Of a stretch of DNA of 62,337 nt, positions 9,361 to 17,359 are shown in pieces. The first letter of the stretch is position 1. The number at the start of each line of letters is the position of its first letter. Below the pieces are notes generated by a model, which saw nothing but the letters and a program-made list of their open reading frames with translations, was not told the DNA's origin and made no database searches. The DNA lies in IMG/VR virus record IMGVR_UViG_3300027985_000790, positions 1-62,337 of that record; one strand, 5' to 3'. Source of the DNA: a virus. Taxonomy: Duplodnaviria; Caudoviricetes. Made by a program: the position numbers and the translations under genes.

Positions 9361-9559
9361 TTTGCAGTTGGAAATCGGGCGCGGGCAGGACGGCAGCAGT
9401 TGTTTTGCGTCTCGTTCGCATTACACATGCATGTGAACGCAATCGCTTTAACCTATTGCATCACGAATAGCGTATCCTGTTTTCCTATCCGTGTATAAAT
9501 AAAAACCGCATCTGCAACCACAAACATTCTGTCGTAACCCATTGTTCTGTAACCTAAAA

Positions 9560-9572
9560 CAACTCCTTGATT
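9560..9572 (-). promoter_or_regulatory. IHF consensus site
   Basis: CAACTCCTTGATT is the reverse complement of WATCAAnnnnTTR; near-matches at about 9535 and 9630. Confidence 0.4.
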
Positions 9573-9655
9573 ATCACCGTTTATGACCATGTGTGGTTTA
9601 TTCTTATATGCCTAAACCAATGAAAACACTAACAAATTCATGATTATATAAATAA

Positions 9656-9719
9656 AAACCACAAAAACCACACCACGTCTTCGTATGCGCACGTGCGCGT
9701 ACACGCGTGCGCGGATGTG
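9656..9719 (+). repeat. 64-bp element, copy 1 (alternating purine/pyrimidine core)
   Basis: 58/64 identical to 43635-43698. Confidence 0.9.
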
Positions 9720-9745
9720 TTTTCTGTGCCTATGCGCCGCCCAAC

Positions 9746-9772
9746 AAAAAGCGCGACCGAAGCCGCGCCTTT
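9746..9772 (-). terminator. Intrinsic terminator
   Basis: GGCGCGG-CTTCGG-TCGCGCT hairpin followed by TTTT on the minus strand. Confidence 0.8.
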
Positions 9773-9788
9773 CTCGAACGTTTAAACA

Positions 9789-9947
9789 TCAGAAACGATA
9801 CACGACCATCTCGTAAATGAACCAACGCCCAACGTCGTCCCGATACACGATGCGCGTCTCACCGTCGATGAACGTCACCTCGCCTTCGTCTACGTCATAA
9901 ACCACGACCACTTCTGTACCGTGCTGACTGACCGCTGTAAATTCCAT
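9789..9947 (-). CDS. Small hypothetical protein (52 aa, MEFTAVSQHG...)
   Basis: Read by hand; follows 9951..10133 and precedes the terminator. Confidence 0.6.
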   Translation of the reverse strand: MEFTAVSQHGTEVVVVYDVDEGEVTFIDGETRIVYRDDVGRWFIYEMVVYRF

Positions 9948-9950
9948 GAT

Positions 9951-10133
9951 TCATTCCCCCATCCAAATGGCGACGCTGTCTTCCGCGTCGCACGTCATAC
10001 ATGCGATAATTTCGGCTGCCTGTTCAATGATAGCCGCGTCCGTTGCGTCATCGCCCAACAATTCACGTGCCTCTGCGATGCAGGCAACGACGAAGGCCCG
10101 GTAGGTTTCATGTCTTTCTGTAATTGCGTCCAT
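9951..10133 (-). CDS. Hypothetical protein
   Basis: GAGGA RBS; conserved promoter upstream. Confidence 0.7.
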   Translation of the reverse strand: MDAITERHETYRAFVVACIAEARELLGDDATDAAIIEQAAEIIACMTCDAEDSVAIWMGE

Positions 10134-10165
10134 GATGCAATCCTCAATTCGTTTATCACATTATT

Positions 10166-10196
10166 ATTATGACGCATAAATCCTTTATTTGCGTAC
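10166..10196 (-). promoter_or_regulatory. Promoter-like motif GTACGCAAA-N15-TCATAAT
   Basis: Three 31-bp copies, each oriented towards a small gene. Confidence 0.6.
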
Positions 10197-10411
10197 CGAT
10201 TGCAAAAATTCTTTTCATTCTTTCTGCGACTGATTCTCATTCGCGCACCTCACAGATCACGTCACATTCGCATCCTATGCACCCATCAATGCACTTGCAT
10301 CAACCAGACATGCGACGCAGCAGCGTGCGATTCACGAGGTTTTACGATACCCCCGGGGAGTATTTCACGAATCATGAAAACACGACTGATACTCATTCGC
10401 ATCAAACACGC

Positions 10412-10445
10412 AAAATAAACGCGATTCAGTTGAATCGCGTCGTTT
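10412..10445 (-). terminator. Intrinsic terminator
   Basis: ACGCGATTC/GAATCGCGT stem followed by TTATTTT on the minus strand. Confidence 0.6.
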
Positions 10446-10459
10446 GTTCAATGCGCCTC

Positions 10460-10561
10460 CTACAGCGCTGCTGAGATTGCACTGAGGGCCATGACCAGCG
10501 CGTCAACGAAAGCCCAACCGATGACCGTCACAACGACGACGACAACCAGAACCTTAGACAT
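10460..10561 (-). CDS. Small membrane protein (33 aa, MSKVLVVVVVV...)
   Basis: Read by hand; GGAGG RBS; single TM segment. Confidence 0.55.
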   Translation of the reverse strand: MSKVLVVVVVVTVIGWAFVDALVMALSAISAAL

Positions 10562-10769
10562 GATTCACCTCCCGAGCGTTGAGGTAAGCAGACAGCGTGC
10601 GTTCAAGGTAAGACAGCTTGATGTCTACGCTTTCGTCATCACCACAAACGCTGCTGAAGAAGTCGTGACCATCATCCAAGTTGCAATGATGCTCACCTTC
10701 TACATATGCATAAGTGAAGGCGAGGCCATTGGCTGCTGCGAGTCTAGTTACACGAGCAAGAACGTCCAT
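10554..10769 (-). CDS. Hypothetical protein
   Basis: GGAGGT RBS; promoter at 10807-10837. Confidence 0.7.
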   Translation of the reverse strand: MDVLARVTRLAAANGLAFTYAYVEGEHHCNLDDGHDFFSSVCGDDESVDIKLSYLERTLSAYLNAREVNHV

Positions 10770-10806
10770 GACACACCTCCCGATAACAAATTAAACCTTC
10801 ATTATC

Positions 10807-10899
10807 ATTATGACGCATAGCTCACCTTTTTGCGTACTCGAAAATAAAAAATTTATTTTGCATTGTGAGTACGCAAAACCTTTAAAGGTGAATCATAAT
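10807..10899. promoter_or_regulatory. Divergent pair of GTACGCAAA-N15-TCATAAT promoters
   Basis: 10807-10837 (minus) and 10869-10899 (plus) with an A/T tract between them. Confidence 0.6.
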
Positions 10900-10929
10900 A
10901 AACATGTAACAACAAACGAGGATAACATC

Positions 10930-11139
10930 ATGAACGCTGCTGAATTCCGTGAAACTGTTTTTGAACTCGGTCAGGTCATCACGACGACCAAAGGTGTACA
11001 GCTGACCATTATCGGCTTTGTGCGTGATATGTTGATCTGCGACTGCTCAGGCGAACTGTTCACCGTGCACCGCAATGGCTATATCAGATACTGCGAGTTG
11101 GCGCTTTCTGCTGAGCAGGCCGTCGGCCGAGCTTTCTAA
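10930..11139 (+). CDS. Hypothetical protein
   Basis: GAGGA RBS before MNAAEF; own promoter and terminator. Confidence 0.7.
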   Translation: MNAAEFRETVFELGQVITTTKGVQLTIIGFVRDMLICDCSGELFTVHRNGYIRYCELALSAEQAVGRAF

Positions 11140-11150
11140 CCTGCTGCACT

Positions 11151-11176
11151 AGCCGAGCCATTGCGCTCGGCTTTTT
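11151..11176 (+). terminator. Intrinsic terminator
   Basis: AGCCGAGC/GCTCGGCT stem followed by a T run. Confidence 0.75.
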
Positions 11177-11278
11177 GCGACTGATTCTCATTCGCGCACC
11201 TTATTGCGTCTAAATCTCATTTACGACCAAGTCGCATTCGTATATGCACCTCCCTGCATGTACGTCTGCGACCGTTTT

Positions 11279-11584
11279 TCAAAAACCCCGAGCGACATTT
11301 TGCTCAAGCCGCTCAATGGCCCACTCAACGAACTGCATCCTCAGCGGGTTGGCCCAGAAGCCACCTTCCTGGTGTGCATCACGGCAGTAGCCAGCACAGT
11401 GGCCATTGATGAACCAGGAGGGATTGAACACCACACCTCGCTCCTTGCACCACTGCTCGGCCAGTACAAGCATCTCCCACTCGGCCCAGAGGCCTGCCGT
11501 AAACTCCACATTGAAGCAGATTGCTTCATCCGGGAACAGCGGCCCCTCGTTCTTTATCAGCCGTAGCGCCTGTAGCAAACTCAT
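11279..11584 (-). CDS. Paralog family 1 member (subtype A)
   Basis: LLxALxxIKxxGP...IC.N...WxNPxR motif; ATGA overlap. Confidence 0.8.
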   Translation of the reverse strand: MSLLQALRLIKNEGPLFPDEAICFNVEFTAGLWAEWEMLVLAEQWCKERGVVFNPSWFINGHCAGYCRDAHQEGGFWANPLRMQFVEWAIERLEQNVARGF

Positions 11585-11892
11585 GCAAGCCATGCGAGCA
11601 CCCTCCGGAAGAAGGTTTGTTCACGCAGCAGGCACTTGGCTACATGACGAGCAAGGTCCCGCCGAAGGTCGCCATACTCACCTTCATACAAGGTGAAGTG
11701 TTCCCAGTAAGCGTCTGCCCCACCAGGCACTGGGAAGGTTTTGCTTCCTGAGAAGAACTCCCACGACTGAGAATGCTCCTTCACTTCTTTCTTAGCTCCC
11801 GCATTGCAGCAGATGCCCACAATATCGGAAAACCCGGGAATGTAGCGCTCCCGCCCGTAGGCAATGAGAAGCAGTTTCGTTACCTTGTTCAT
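11581..11892 (-). CDS. Paralog family 1 member (subtype B)
   Basis: GIC...WEFFSG...FPVP...LYEGEYG.LRRDLA. Confidence 0.8.
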   Translation of the reverse strand: MNKVTKLLLIAYGRERYIPGFSDIVGICCNAGAKKEVKEHSQSWEFFSGSKTFPVPGGADAYWEHFTLYEGEYGDLRRDLARHVAKCLLREQTFFRRVLAWLA

Positions 11893-12224
11893 TCGACCCC
11901 CAAGTCATCTTCGAGCCACGCGATAGCCCAGTGTAGGAAGGACAGCCTTACCGGGTTGCTCCAGAAGGTGCCGCTTGCTTTCTCGTCCTCCCACTCCTTC
12001 CACCCGCCAACCCAGAAGGCAGGGCAGTATTCACGTCCTGTCCTCGTGGCCCACTCCTTAGACAGGTAACGAAGAGCATCCGAAACGGCACGCGCCTCCC
12101 ACGGGTCGTTAACGTGGTTGATGGCACCTAATGCAACGTTGCCACACAGGGCTTGCTTCTTGTTCTCAGGGCCGTGCCGCTTGATACGCAGCAGCACGTC
12201 CAGGAGCTTCCGCTTGCTACTCAT
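11889..12224 (-). CDS. Paralog family 1 member (subtype A)
   Basis: IKRHGP..ALCGN...FWSNPVRLSFLHWAI. Confidence 0.8.
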   Translation of the reverse strand: MSSKRKLLDVLLRIKRHGPENKKQALCGNVALGAINHVNDPWEARAVSDALRYLSKEWATRTGREYCPAFWVGGWKEWEDEKASGTFWSNPVRLSFLHWAIAWLEDDLGVE

Positions 12225-12414
12225 CGTCGTCCTCCTCGTTGCTCGGCAGGCCGCCGTTTTCCGCGGCGTCGACCAGTTGGTATGCCATGTCCACGAGACG
12301 CATCATGGCTTCCTGTTCTTCGGGTGACAAGCTGCAGCCGTTGTCAATGGCCTGCAGGCAGTCCTGGAAGTCGCGTGCCGTATTCTGAAAGCGGCAGTAG
12401 CTCATGTTACTCAT
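12217..12414 (-). CDS. Hypothetical protein (MSNMSYCRFQNT...)
   Basis: GAGG RBS; tight packing with neighbours. Confidence 0.7.
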   Translation of the reverse strand: MSNMSYCRFQNTARDFQDCLQAIDNGCSLSPEEQEAMMRLVDMAYQLVDAAENGGLPSNEEDDDE

Positions 12415-12748
12415 AGCAGTATTCCTCAAGGTAGTCAATAGCAAAGTGCAGGAAGTCGAGGCGGACAGGATTGCTCCAGAAGGTTTCGTCTTCCAGCTCC
12501 TTGTCCCAGGCTTCTTCACCTTCGAGCCAGTAGTAGTGAGTGAACTTCTGCCCGCGGTCGTAGCACCAGACCTCACCAATGCTGCTGAGGAGGTTCTCAA
12601 GGATCTGGCTCTCAAACAGTTCCATCTCCTCCCCACGAAGCACGCGGTTGGCGTGCATCATGTTGGAGCACAAAGCATGGCATGAACGAGTAGGCCCGTG
12701 GCGCTTTATCTCGTTCAGCGCGTTAAGCAGCAGTTGATGTTTAAACAT
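12407..12748 (-). CDS. Paralog family 1 member (subtype A)
   Basis: Start MFKHQ; IKRHGP..ALCSN...FWSNPVRLDFLHFAI. Confidence 0.8.
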   Translation of the reverse strand: MFKHQLLLNALNEIKRHGPTRSCHALCSNMMHANRVLRGEEMELFESQILENLLSSIGEVWCYDRGQKFTHYYWLEGEEAWDKELEDETFWSNPVRLDFLHFAIDYLEEYCYE

Positions 12749-12758
12749 GATCTTTCTC

Positions 12759-12989
12759 CTATTCTGCCAGCTCAGGCCAGCCTTTGGTGGTCGGATCAAT
12801 GGGCAAGCCAAGCTGCTCCACGAGTTCATCGTAGTCGGGAGAAACTTCCTCCCAGGTATCGGCATCAGCGAACAGTTCACGGCCACTGGCATCCTTACCA
12901 CAGTAGCGGACTAGGTCCCCGTACTGCGGTTGTCCATCAAAGTCCAGTATCATGCAGCAGTACATGCCACCTTTTACGAGCTTATCCAT
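12759..12989 (-). CDS. Hypothetical protein
   Basis: ORF with RBS; operon packing. Confidence 0.65.
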   Translation of the reverse strand: MDKLVKGGMYCCMILDFDGQPQYGDLVRYCGKDASGRELFADADTWEEVSPDYDELVEQLGLPIDPTTKGWPELAE

Positions 12990-13179
12990 GGTTCACGTCC
13001 TCACCAAAACGTGCTTGGACGGAGAAGAACAGCTCCTCTGCCACTTGGGCTCTCAGACCATCTGTAACATCTTCAAGATCAGATTCGGGTGCTTCCTTCA
13101 TTATCTCGTGAGCACGAAGCATTATCTCATCTGTCAGCATGCTGACGTACTGGCTTACTATCTCGTTGTAGCGGCTCAT
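12982..13179 (-). CDS. Hypothetical acidic protein
   Basis: AGGAGGT RBS; sigma70-like promoter upstream. Confidence 0.7.
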   Translation of the reverse strand: MSRYNEIVSQYVSMLTDEIMLRAHEIMKEAPESDLEDVTDGLRAQVAEELFFSVQARFGEDVNHG

Positions 13180-13218
13180 AGCACACCTCCTACTGGTGCA
13201 ATTAATTGGTACAATTTA

Positions 13219-13246
13219 ATTATAATACCTGCCGCCAGCCCTGCAA
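13219..13246 (-). promoter_or_regulatory. Sigma70-like early promoter
   Basis: TTGCAG-N16-TATAAT; leader TAAATTGTACCAA shared with the promoter at 16173-16200. Confidence 0.6.
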
Positions 13247-13258
13247 CTTTATTTGCGT

Positions 13259-13621
13259 TTAAACGGGAAAATCCAGCTCCTCGGTCAAGGCGTCGATGGC
13301 GAAGTGAAGGAAGTCGAGACGCAGCGGGTTGCTCCAGAAGCGCCTAAAGCACAGCTCTACCTTCCAGGTTGTGTGCCCGTTGATGAAGTAGCCTCGATTG
13401 TACCAAAGCAGGTGCTGCCCTGTGCGCTGCTTGTACCATGCAGCACCCAGCTCCTGGAGCACAGCGCCAACCTCCCTTGACGTAGCCGAGGAACAGAACA
13501 AGCCGCCACCTGCTACCTGAGCAGTATTGGAGCACAGCGCCCACTCCTTGTCGAATGGCCCGTGCTGCTTAATGTGAACCAAACCCTTCAGCACGGCCAG
13601 CTTAACCATGTACTTGTCCAT
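13259..13621 (-). CDS. Paralog family 1 member (subtype A)
   Basis: Start MDKY; IKQHGP..ALCSN...FWSNPLRLDFLHFAI. Confidence 0.8.
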   Translation of the reverse strand: MDKYMVKLAVLKGLVHIKQHGPFDKEWALCSNTAQVAGGGLFCSSATSREVGAVLQELGAAWYKQRTGQHLLWYNRGYFINGHTTWKVELCFRRFWSNPLRLDFLHFAIDALTEELDFPV

Positions 13622-13634
13622 CTCGCTCTCCAGT

Positions 13635-13649
13635 TGATAATGATTCTCA
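13635..13649. promoter_or_regulatory. Fur-box-like site
   Basis: TGATAATGATTCTCA, one mismatch to TGATAATnATTATCA, just upstream of the RBS. Confidence 0.55.
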
Positions 13650-13789
13650 TTTGCGCACCGCACAGTTCGCAGCACGCTGACGTTCTAGAACGCCGTCCCC
13701 ACGCTTGTATGCCTTACCCCTGCCCGTCCTTAGCGGGCGTTCTACGCGGTTTGGCTATACCCCACCCCAGTATACAGATACCCCAGTAT

Positions 13790-14038
13790 CTACGACACTC
13801 GGAAGGGGTAGGGGTTCCTGACTTCGCTGACATCAGCCGGCTCAAAAGGCGAACCCCAATCGTCTATCGTCTGAGTGTTGTGCGGGATGGCCAGGGCGTG
13901 AACACAAACCGAACGGGTGAGCAGAATAGGCTTGCCACAGCAAGGTGTAGCCACCCGTGCGGCGTTGCCATAGGTCTCTACGTTCCTCCAAGTATAGGCA
14001 GGCAGCTCAACTTCCTTCTCGCAGTATGGGCACTTCAT
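13790..14038 (-). CDS. Hypothetical Zn-ribbon protein
   Basis: CPYC...PCC motif. Confidence 0.65.
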   Translation of the reverse strand: MKCPYCEKEVELPAYTWRNVETYGNAARVATPCCGKPILLTRSVCVHALAIPHNTQTIDDWGSPFEPADVSEVRNPYPFRVS

Positions 14039-14475
14039 TGCTTCTTCTCCTCTATCTGGATGCCGCGCTCGATGGACCAGATGGCCTCCTTGAGGTCTTG
14101 GATGAGGTCCTTGTTGTTGTCACCACGGTTGCCCGGCTGCAGCAGCTTCTTGAGCGCGTGCTGAACACCTGGATTCCGGATGTCCCAAGCATCAAGCAGG
14201 TCGTAGACGTCTATCCACACACCAGGTGCTACTTGCCGGTGATACTTGCTCCGCTTCGTGTCGGCTTCGCCTTCCATGAAGAGGTCTAGTTCGTGCTCCC
14301 CGGACGCGCTCCACTTACCATCGACATACCAGCCGAAGGTGCCCTCTTTGCCGGCTACAGTTCCACGTAGTATGGCACTTTTACCAACTTCAGTAGACAG
14401 GATTTTGATGCCTCTCCCGTCTCGCGTCACAACAGGGGCTCCTTTCAAGGCTGCCGCAAGGTCAAAAGGTTTCAT
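14035..14475 (-). CDS. Paralog family 2 (KPFDL..TRDGR domain) with a DUF3310-like C-terminus
   Basis: MKPFDLAAAL.G..VVTRDGR; HALKKLL.PG.RG..KD..QDLKEAIWSI. Confidence 0.75.
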   Translation of the reverse strand: MKPFDLAAALKGAPVVTRDGRGIKILSTEVGKSAILRGTVAGKEGTFGWYVDGKWSASGEHELDLFMEGEADTKRSKYHRQVAPGVWIDVYDLLDAWDIRNPGVQHALKKLLQPGNRGDNNKDLIQDLKEAIWSIERGIQIEEKKQ

Positions 14476-14852
14476 CGTCCTATCCCCGCGTGCTTGGCGT
14501 GCTCGAGCAGCGACTCCAGCTGCTCAACCTGTGCCTGGTGAATGATGCTCAGAATCCGGGCAAAGCCAATCTTGCCTTGCATCGGGTGAGCTTTGGCAGC
14601 ATCCGTTATCGCTTTACCCAAAGCCAGCGTCGCTTCGTACAGCGCATCTTCACTGCTACCTACCATGAAGAGCTGCAATTCTGAGCCGCCAGTGCTCCCA
14701 CCTGCCGGGCTCCACTGACGCCCCAAAATGCTCCCTTCCACGTATCCCACTATCATGCCATCTTCTTTAGCAGCTAGGTTGAAGACACGGCGGCCGTCTC
14801 GTGTGACAACGTGTTCCCCAGCCAAGGCTGCCGCAAGGTCGAAGGGCTTCAT
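14472..14852 (-). CDS. Paralog family 2 member
   Basis: MKPFDLAAALAGEHVVTRDGR. Confidence 0.75.
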   Translation of the reverse strand: MKPFDLAAALAGEHVVTRDGRRVFNLAAKEDGMIVGYVEGSILGRQWSPAGGSTGGSELQLFMVGSSEDALYEATLALGKAITDAAKAHPMQGKIGFARILSIIHQAQVEQLESLLEHAKHAGIGR

Positions 14853-15196
14853 ACCGCACCCCACGCATTCTGGCGCACCTTGTCACGCACCACGTCCACG
14901 ATCTCGGACGCCAGGCTGTCAGCACCTCGGCAGTCGGCAGCGGCCGTAGCCAGGATCTGCTTGACCAAGCTTTCCACAGCATCGTTCAGCGTGTCCGCCA
15001 TAAAAAGGTTGTACCCTATGGACACTGAGTCGACACCGCCGAAGCTTCCATCCAGGTGCCACCCACTGCGGTGATTATTCTCGCCGATATAGCCGACGAG
15101 CAGCGAGCCTTTTTGCTGCAGGCAGGTCACCTTCCGGCCATCCCGGGTAGTGACAGCGGCCCCAGCCAGGGCCGCCTCGAGGTCAAAAGGTTTCAT
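14849..15196 (-). CDS. Paralog family 2 member
   Basis: MKPFDLEAALAGAAVTTRDGR. Confidence 0.75.
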   Translation of the reverse strand: MKPFDLEAALAGAAVTTRDGRKVTCLQQKGSLLVGYIGENNHRSGWHLDGSFGGVDSVSIGYNLFMADTLNDAVESLVKQILATAAADCRGADSLASEIVDVVRDKVRQNAWGAV

Positions 15197-15384
15197 CACA
15201 TCTCCTCCCGCTTGATCTTGAGAACGTCGGCGTAGATGCACTCTGCCATCACGGCTTGGGATTGAGTTGCATCTGTCTGCATCCGCAGCACCATCTGGTC
15301 ACGGTGCTGCTCGCAGATCATCACCTGGAAGAAGCTGCCACCGAAGGTGAGGTTGTAGACAACCAGAATCACTTGCAGTTCCAT
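15196..15384 (-). CDS. Hypothetical protein
   Basis: GGGGAG RBS; operon packing. Confidence 0.6.
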   Translation of the reverse strand: MELQVILVVYNLTFGGSFFQVMICEQHRDQMVLRMQTDATQSQAVMAECIYADVLKIKREEM

Positions 15385-15386
15385 GG

Positions 15387-16133
15387 CTACTCCCCCTTGG
15401 TCTTGTGCGGCACAGGAGCGTCCAGGCCTTCCGGCAGGACCAGGTAATACACCGGATAGGTGTACTCGTCGCTGTAGCCATTAGCTATGGCGTAGTCTCG
15501 CAGGACCAGGTGCTGCTCGATGGTGAAGTCGTCCGGGTGCTGGCTACCTACTTCCTCAATCAGGGGGCAGCCTTGGATAGCATCCAGGAAGTCTTGGGCG
15601 GTATCGAACGAGCAGGCAACCCACAGTTCGTAGCCGCACTTCCACTCAGTGCGCACACCGTAGCCCTTCTGGCGCATATCCCAGTAGCAGGCGGAGCGGA
15701 TGGATGCATCGTCCCAGGGCTGGCCGTCCTTCTTGATGCAGACCCGGCGGAGGTCGTCAATGGTTGCACCTGCAAACAGGAAGTCGATGATCTGTGCTTG
15801 CTTGCTGTTGGCACGAGCGGGGTAAGCGCGTTCATCAGCGGGGCAAGAGATGGAGCCTTTGCGGCGACCAGCGGTCTTTTCAGCGGTAGCCGGCTTGGCG
15901 GCCTTCTTAGCCTTACGCATAAAGACGACGGCGTGGTTGGCAACGTGTACTTGGTCGGCTTCGCTCAGCTCACCTTCCACCATGTCCAGGTAGACGACTA
16001 CTTGGAAGCGGTCATCGCCGTCCACCTTTACAGCTTCAATTTCGAAGTGGTCGAAAGCAGTAGCGGCGGACAAGCGGTCGGTATCACGTTCAGCGGCACG
16101 CTTGGCGGACTTGGTGTTGTTGTAAGTGGTCAT
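15387..16133 (-). CDS. Hypothetical early protein, possibly DNA-binding
   Basis: 248 aa; Lys/Ala linker followed by an SKQAQIIDFL..GATIDDL winged-helix-like segment; own promoter. Confidence 0.7.
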   Translation of the reverse strand: MTTYNNTKSAKRAAERDTDRLSAATAFDHFEIEAVKVDGDDRFQVVVYLDMVEGELSEADQVHVANHAVVFMRKAKKAAKPATAEKTAGRRKGSISCPADERAYPARANSKQAQIIDFLFAGATIDDLRRVCIKKDGQPWDDASIRSACYWDMRQKGYGVRTEWKCGYELWVACSFDTAQDFLDAIQGCPLIEEVGSQHPDDFTIEQHLVLRDYAIANGYSDEYTYPVYYLVLPEGLDAPVPHKTKGE

Positions 16134-16172
16134 GATACGTCTCCTATTGACGTTGTTTGTTGGTACAATTTA

Positions 16173-16200
16173 ATTATGAATGATAACTGCCTTATTACAA
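16173..16200 (-). promoter_or_regulatory. Sigma70-like early promoter
   Basis: TTGTAA-N16-CATAAT with the shared leader. Confidence 0.55.
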
Positions 16201-16218
16201 CTTAGATTGCGAAAAATT

Positions 16219-16410
16219 TTAACCTCGCCTTTCGAGGACGTCCAGCAACTCCCATTGCTCCTCCTCCAGGCCGTTTATCTCCTGAGTAAGGTCGTAGAAT
16301 TCCTTGGGCAGGTCGTCAACGTCAAACTTGCGGTTGAACTCAACCTGGCGAGCATACAAGCCGGGCAGGGCTTTAACAATGTCACGAAGACGAGTAGCAT
16401 AGTTGTTCAC
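16219..16410 (-). CDS. Hypothetical protein
   Basis: GTG start after AGGAGGT; TTGCAA-N16-AATAAT upstream. Confidence 0.6.
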   Translation of the reverse strand: MNNYATRLRDIVKALPGLYARQVEFNRKFDVDDLPKEFYDLTQEINGLEEEQWELLDVLERRG

Positions 16411-16569
16411 GGTGCACCTCCTACTGGCGCGGTTCGTTCTACACATTTATTATTGACGCTGCTAGCCGCCTTGCAACCTTATTTTGTTGATCTAGGTCAA
16501 AATCCTAATCATTTATAAACCACCTGCTTTGATGCGTTATATTGATAGTGAAGACAAGCGCTGCTCATT

Positions 16570-16624
16570 TGATAACCGCTTGCATTTGCAGATGATTCTT
16601 ATTCTCATTTGAGAATGATTCTCA
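16570..16624. promoter_or_regulatory. Cluster of Fur-box-like sites
   Basis: TGATTCTTATTCTCA (16593) and the perfect 7-1-7 palindrome TGAGAATGATTCTCA (16610). Confidence 0.6.
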
Positions 16625-16640
16625 TTTGAGAATACGTCTA

Positions 16641-16697
16641 ATTTTCAAAATCCCCGAGCGACATTTCCGTGATTTTCAAAATCCCCGAGCGACATTT
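16641..16697 (+). repeat. 26-bp direct repeat ATTTTCAAAATCCCCGAGCGACATTT, two copies
   Basis: Exact copies at 16641 and 16672; a near copy at 11276-11300. Confidence 0.9.
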
Positions 16698-17090
16698 TTA
16701 CAGATCGTAAACCAGACGCTTTATTTCTCGCACCAGATGTGCTTGGCCATAGGTCAGTATTTCGCTGTCGTCGTACTTGCCGCCTAATTTAATTCGCTTA
16801 CCTGCCGCCGCCCAGCCGTCTATTACGGCATGTAAGGCTTCGTGGTAAACCATTTCCTCGTCGTACTCGTCCAGAAGAAACAACACTATTGGGTGGTCAA
16901 ATTCCTCTACCATATCGCAGCCAGTCATCGCACCGCCGTCTGCCAGATGCTTAGAAATGGTGGCACCTGCTGCTTCCAGCTTGGCTAAGTTGCTGCAGGT
17001 GCTTCTGCAGGCCTCCAGAAACATGGGCAGCTCGCTCTCAACCACTACAGGTATCTTAAGGTCCAGCGGTTGCATAGTGATGGTAATCAT
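16698..17090 (-). CDS. Hypothetical protein with an HEXXH motif
   Basis: VYHEALH...E. Confidence 0.65.
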   Translation of the reverse strand: MITITMQPLDLKIPVVVESELPMFLEACRSTCSNLAKLEAAGATISKHLADGGAMTGCDMVEEFDHPIVLFLLDEYDEEMVYHEALHAVIDGWAAAGKRIKLGGKYDDSEILTYGQAHLVREIKRLVYDL

Positions 17091-17359
17091 ACTCGTACCC
17101 CCGCGAATGAGTTTACCCACACCTTACCCATCCCCTCAAGCTGTTCTGGACACTGGCAGAACCGCTGAGAGTTGAACTTCTTACCGTTTAAACGGATGTT
17201 AAATTCATGCCCCAAAGGAACTCGTGAGAACGTGGTCAGGGTAACAAGGAACTCAGGCTTGTGCGAGTGGAATCTACCTTCGAGCCAAAGCAGCTCCACG
17301 TCGTCGGGAAGGTCTACCTTAAGGGTGACGCCCGCGAATTTTACCTTATGCGTCCGCAT
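17087..17359 (-). CDS. Hypothetical protein
   Basis: Operon packing. Confidence 0.6.
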   Translation of the reverse strand: MRTHKVKFAGVTLKVDLPDDVELLWLEGRFHSHKPEFLVTLTTFSRVPLGHEFNIRLNGKKFNSQRFCQCPEQLEGMGKVWVNSFAGVRV

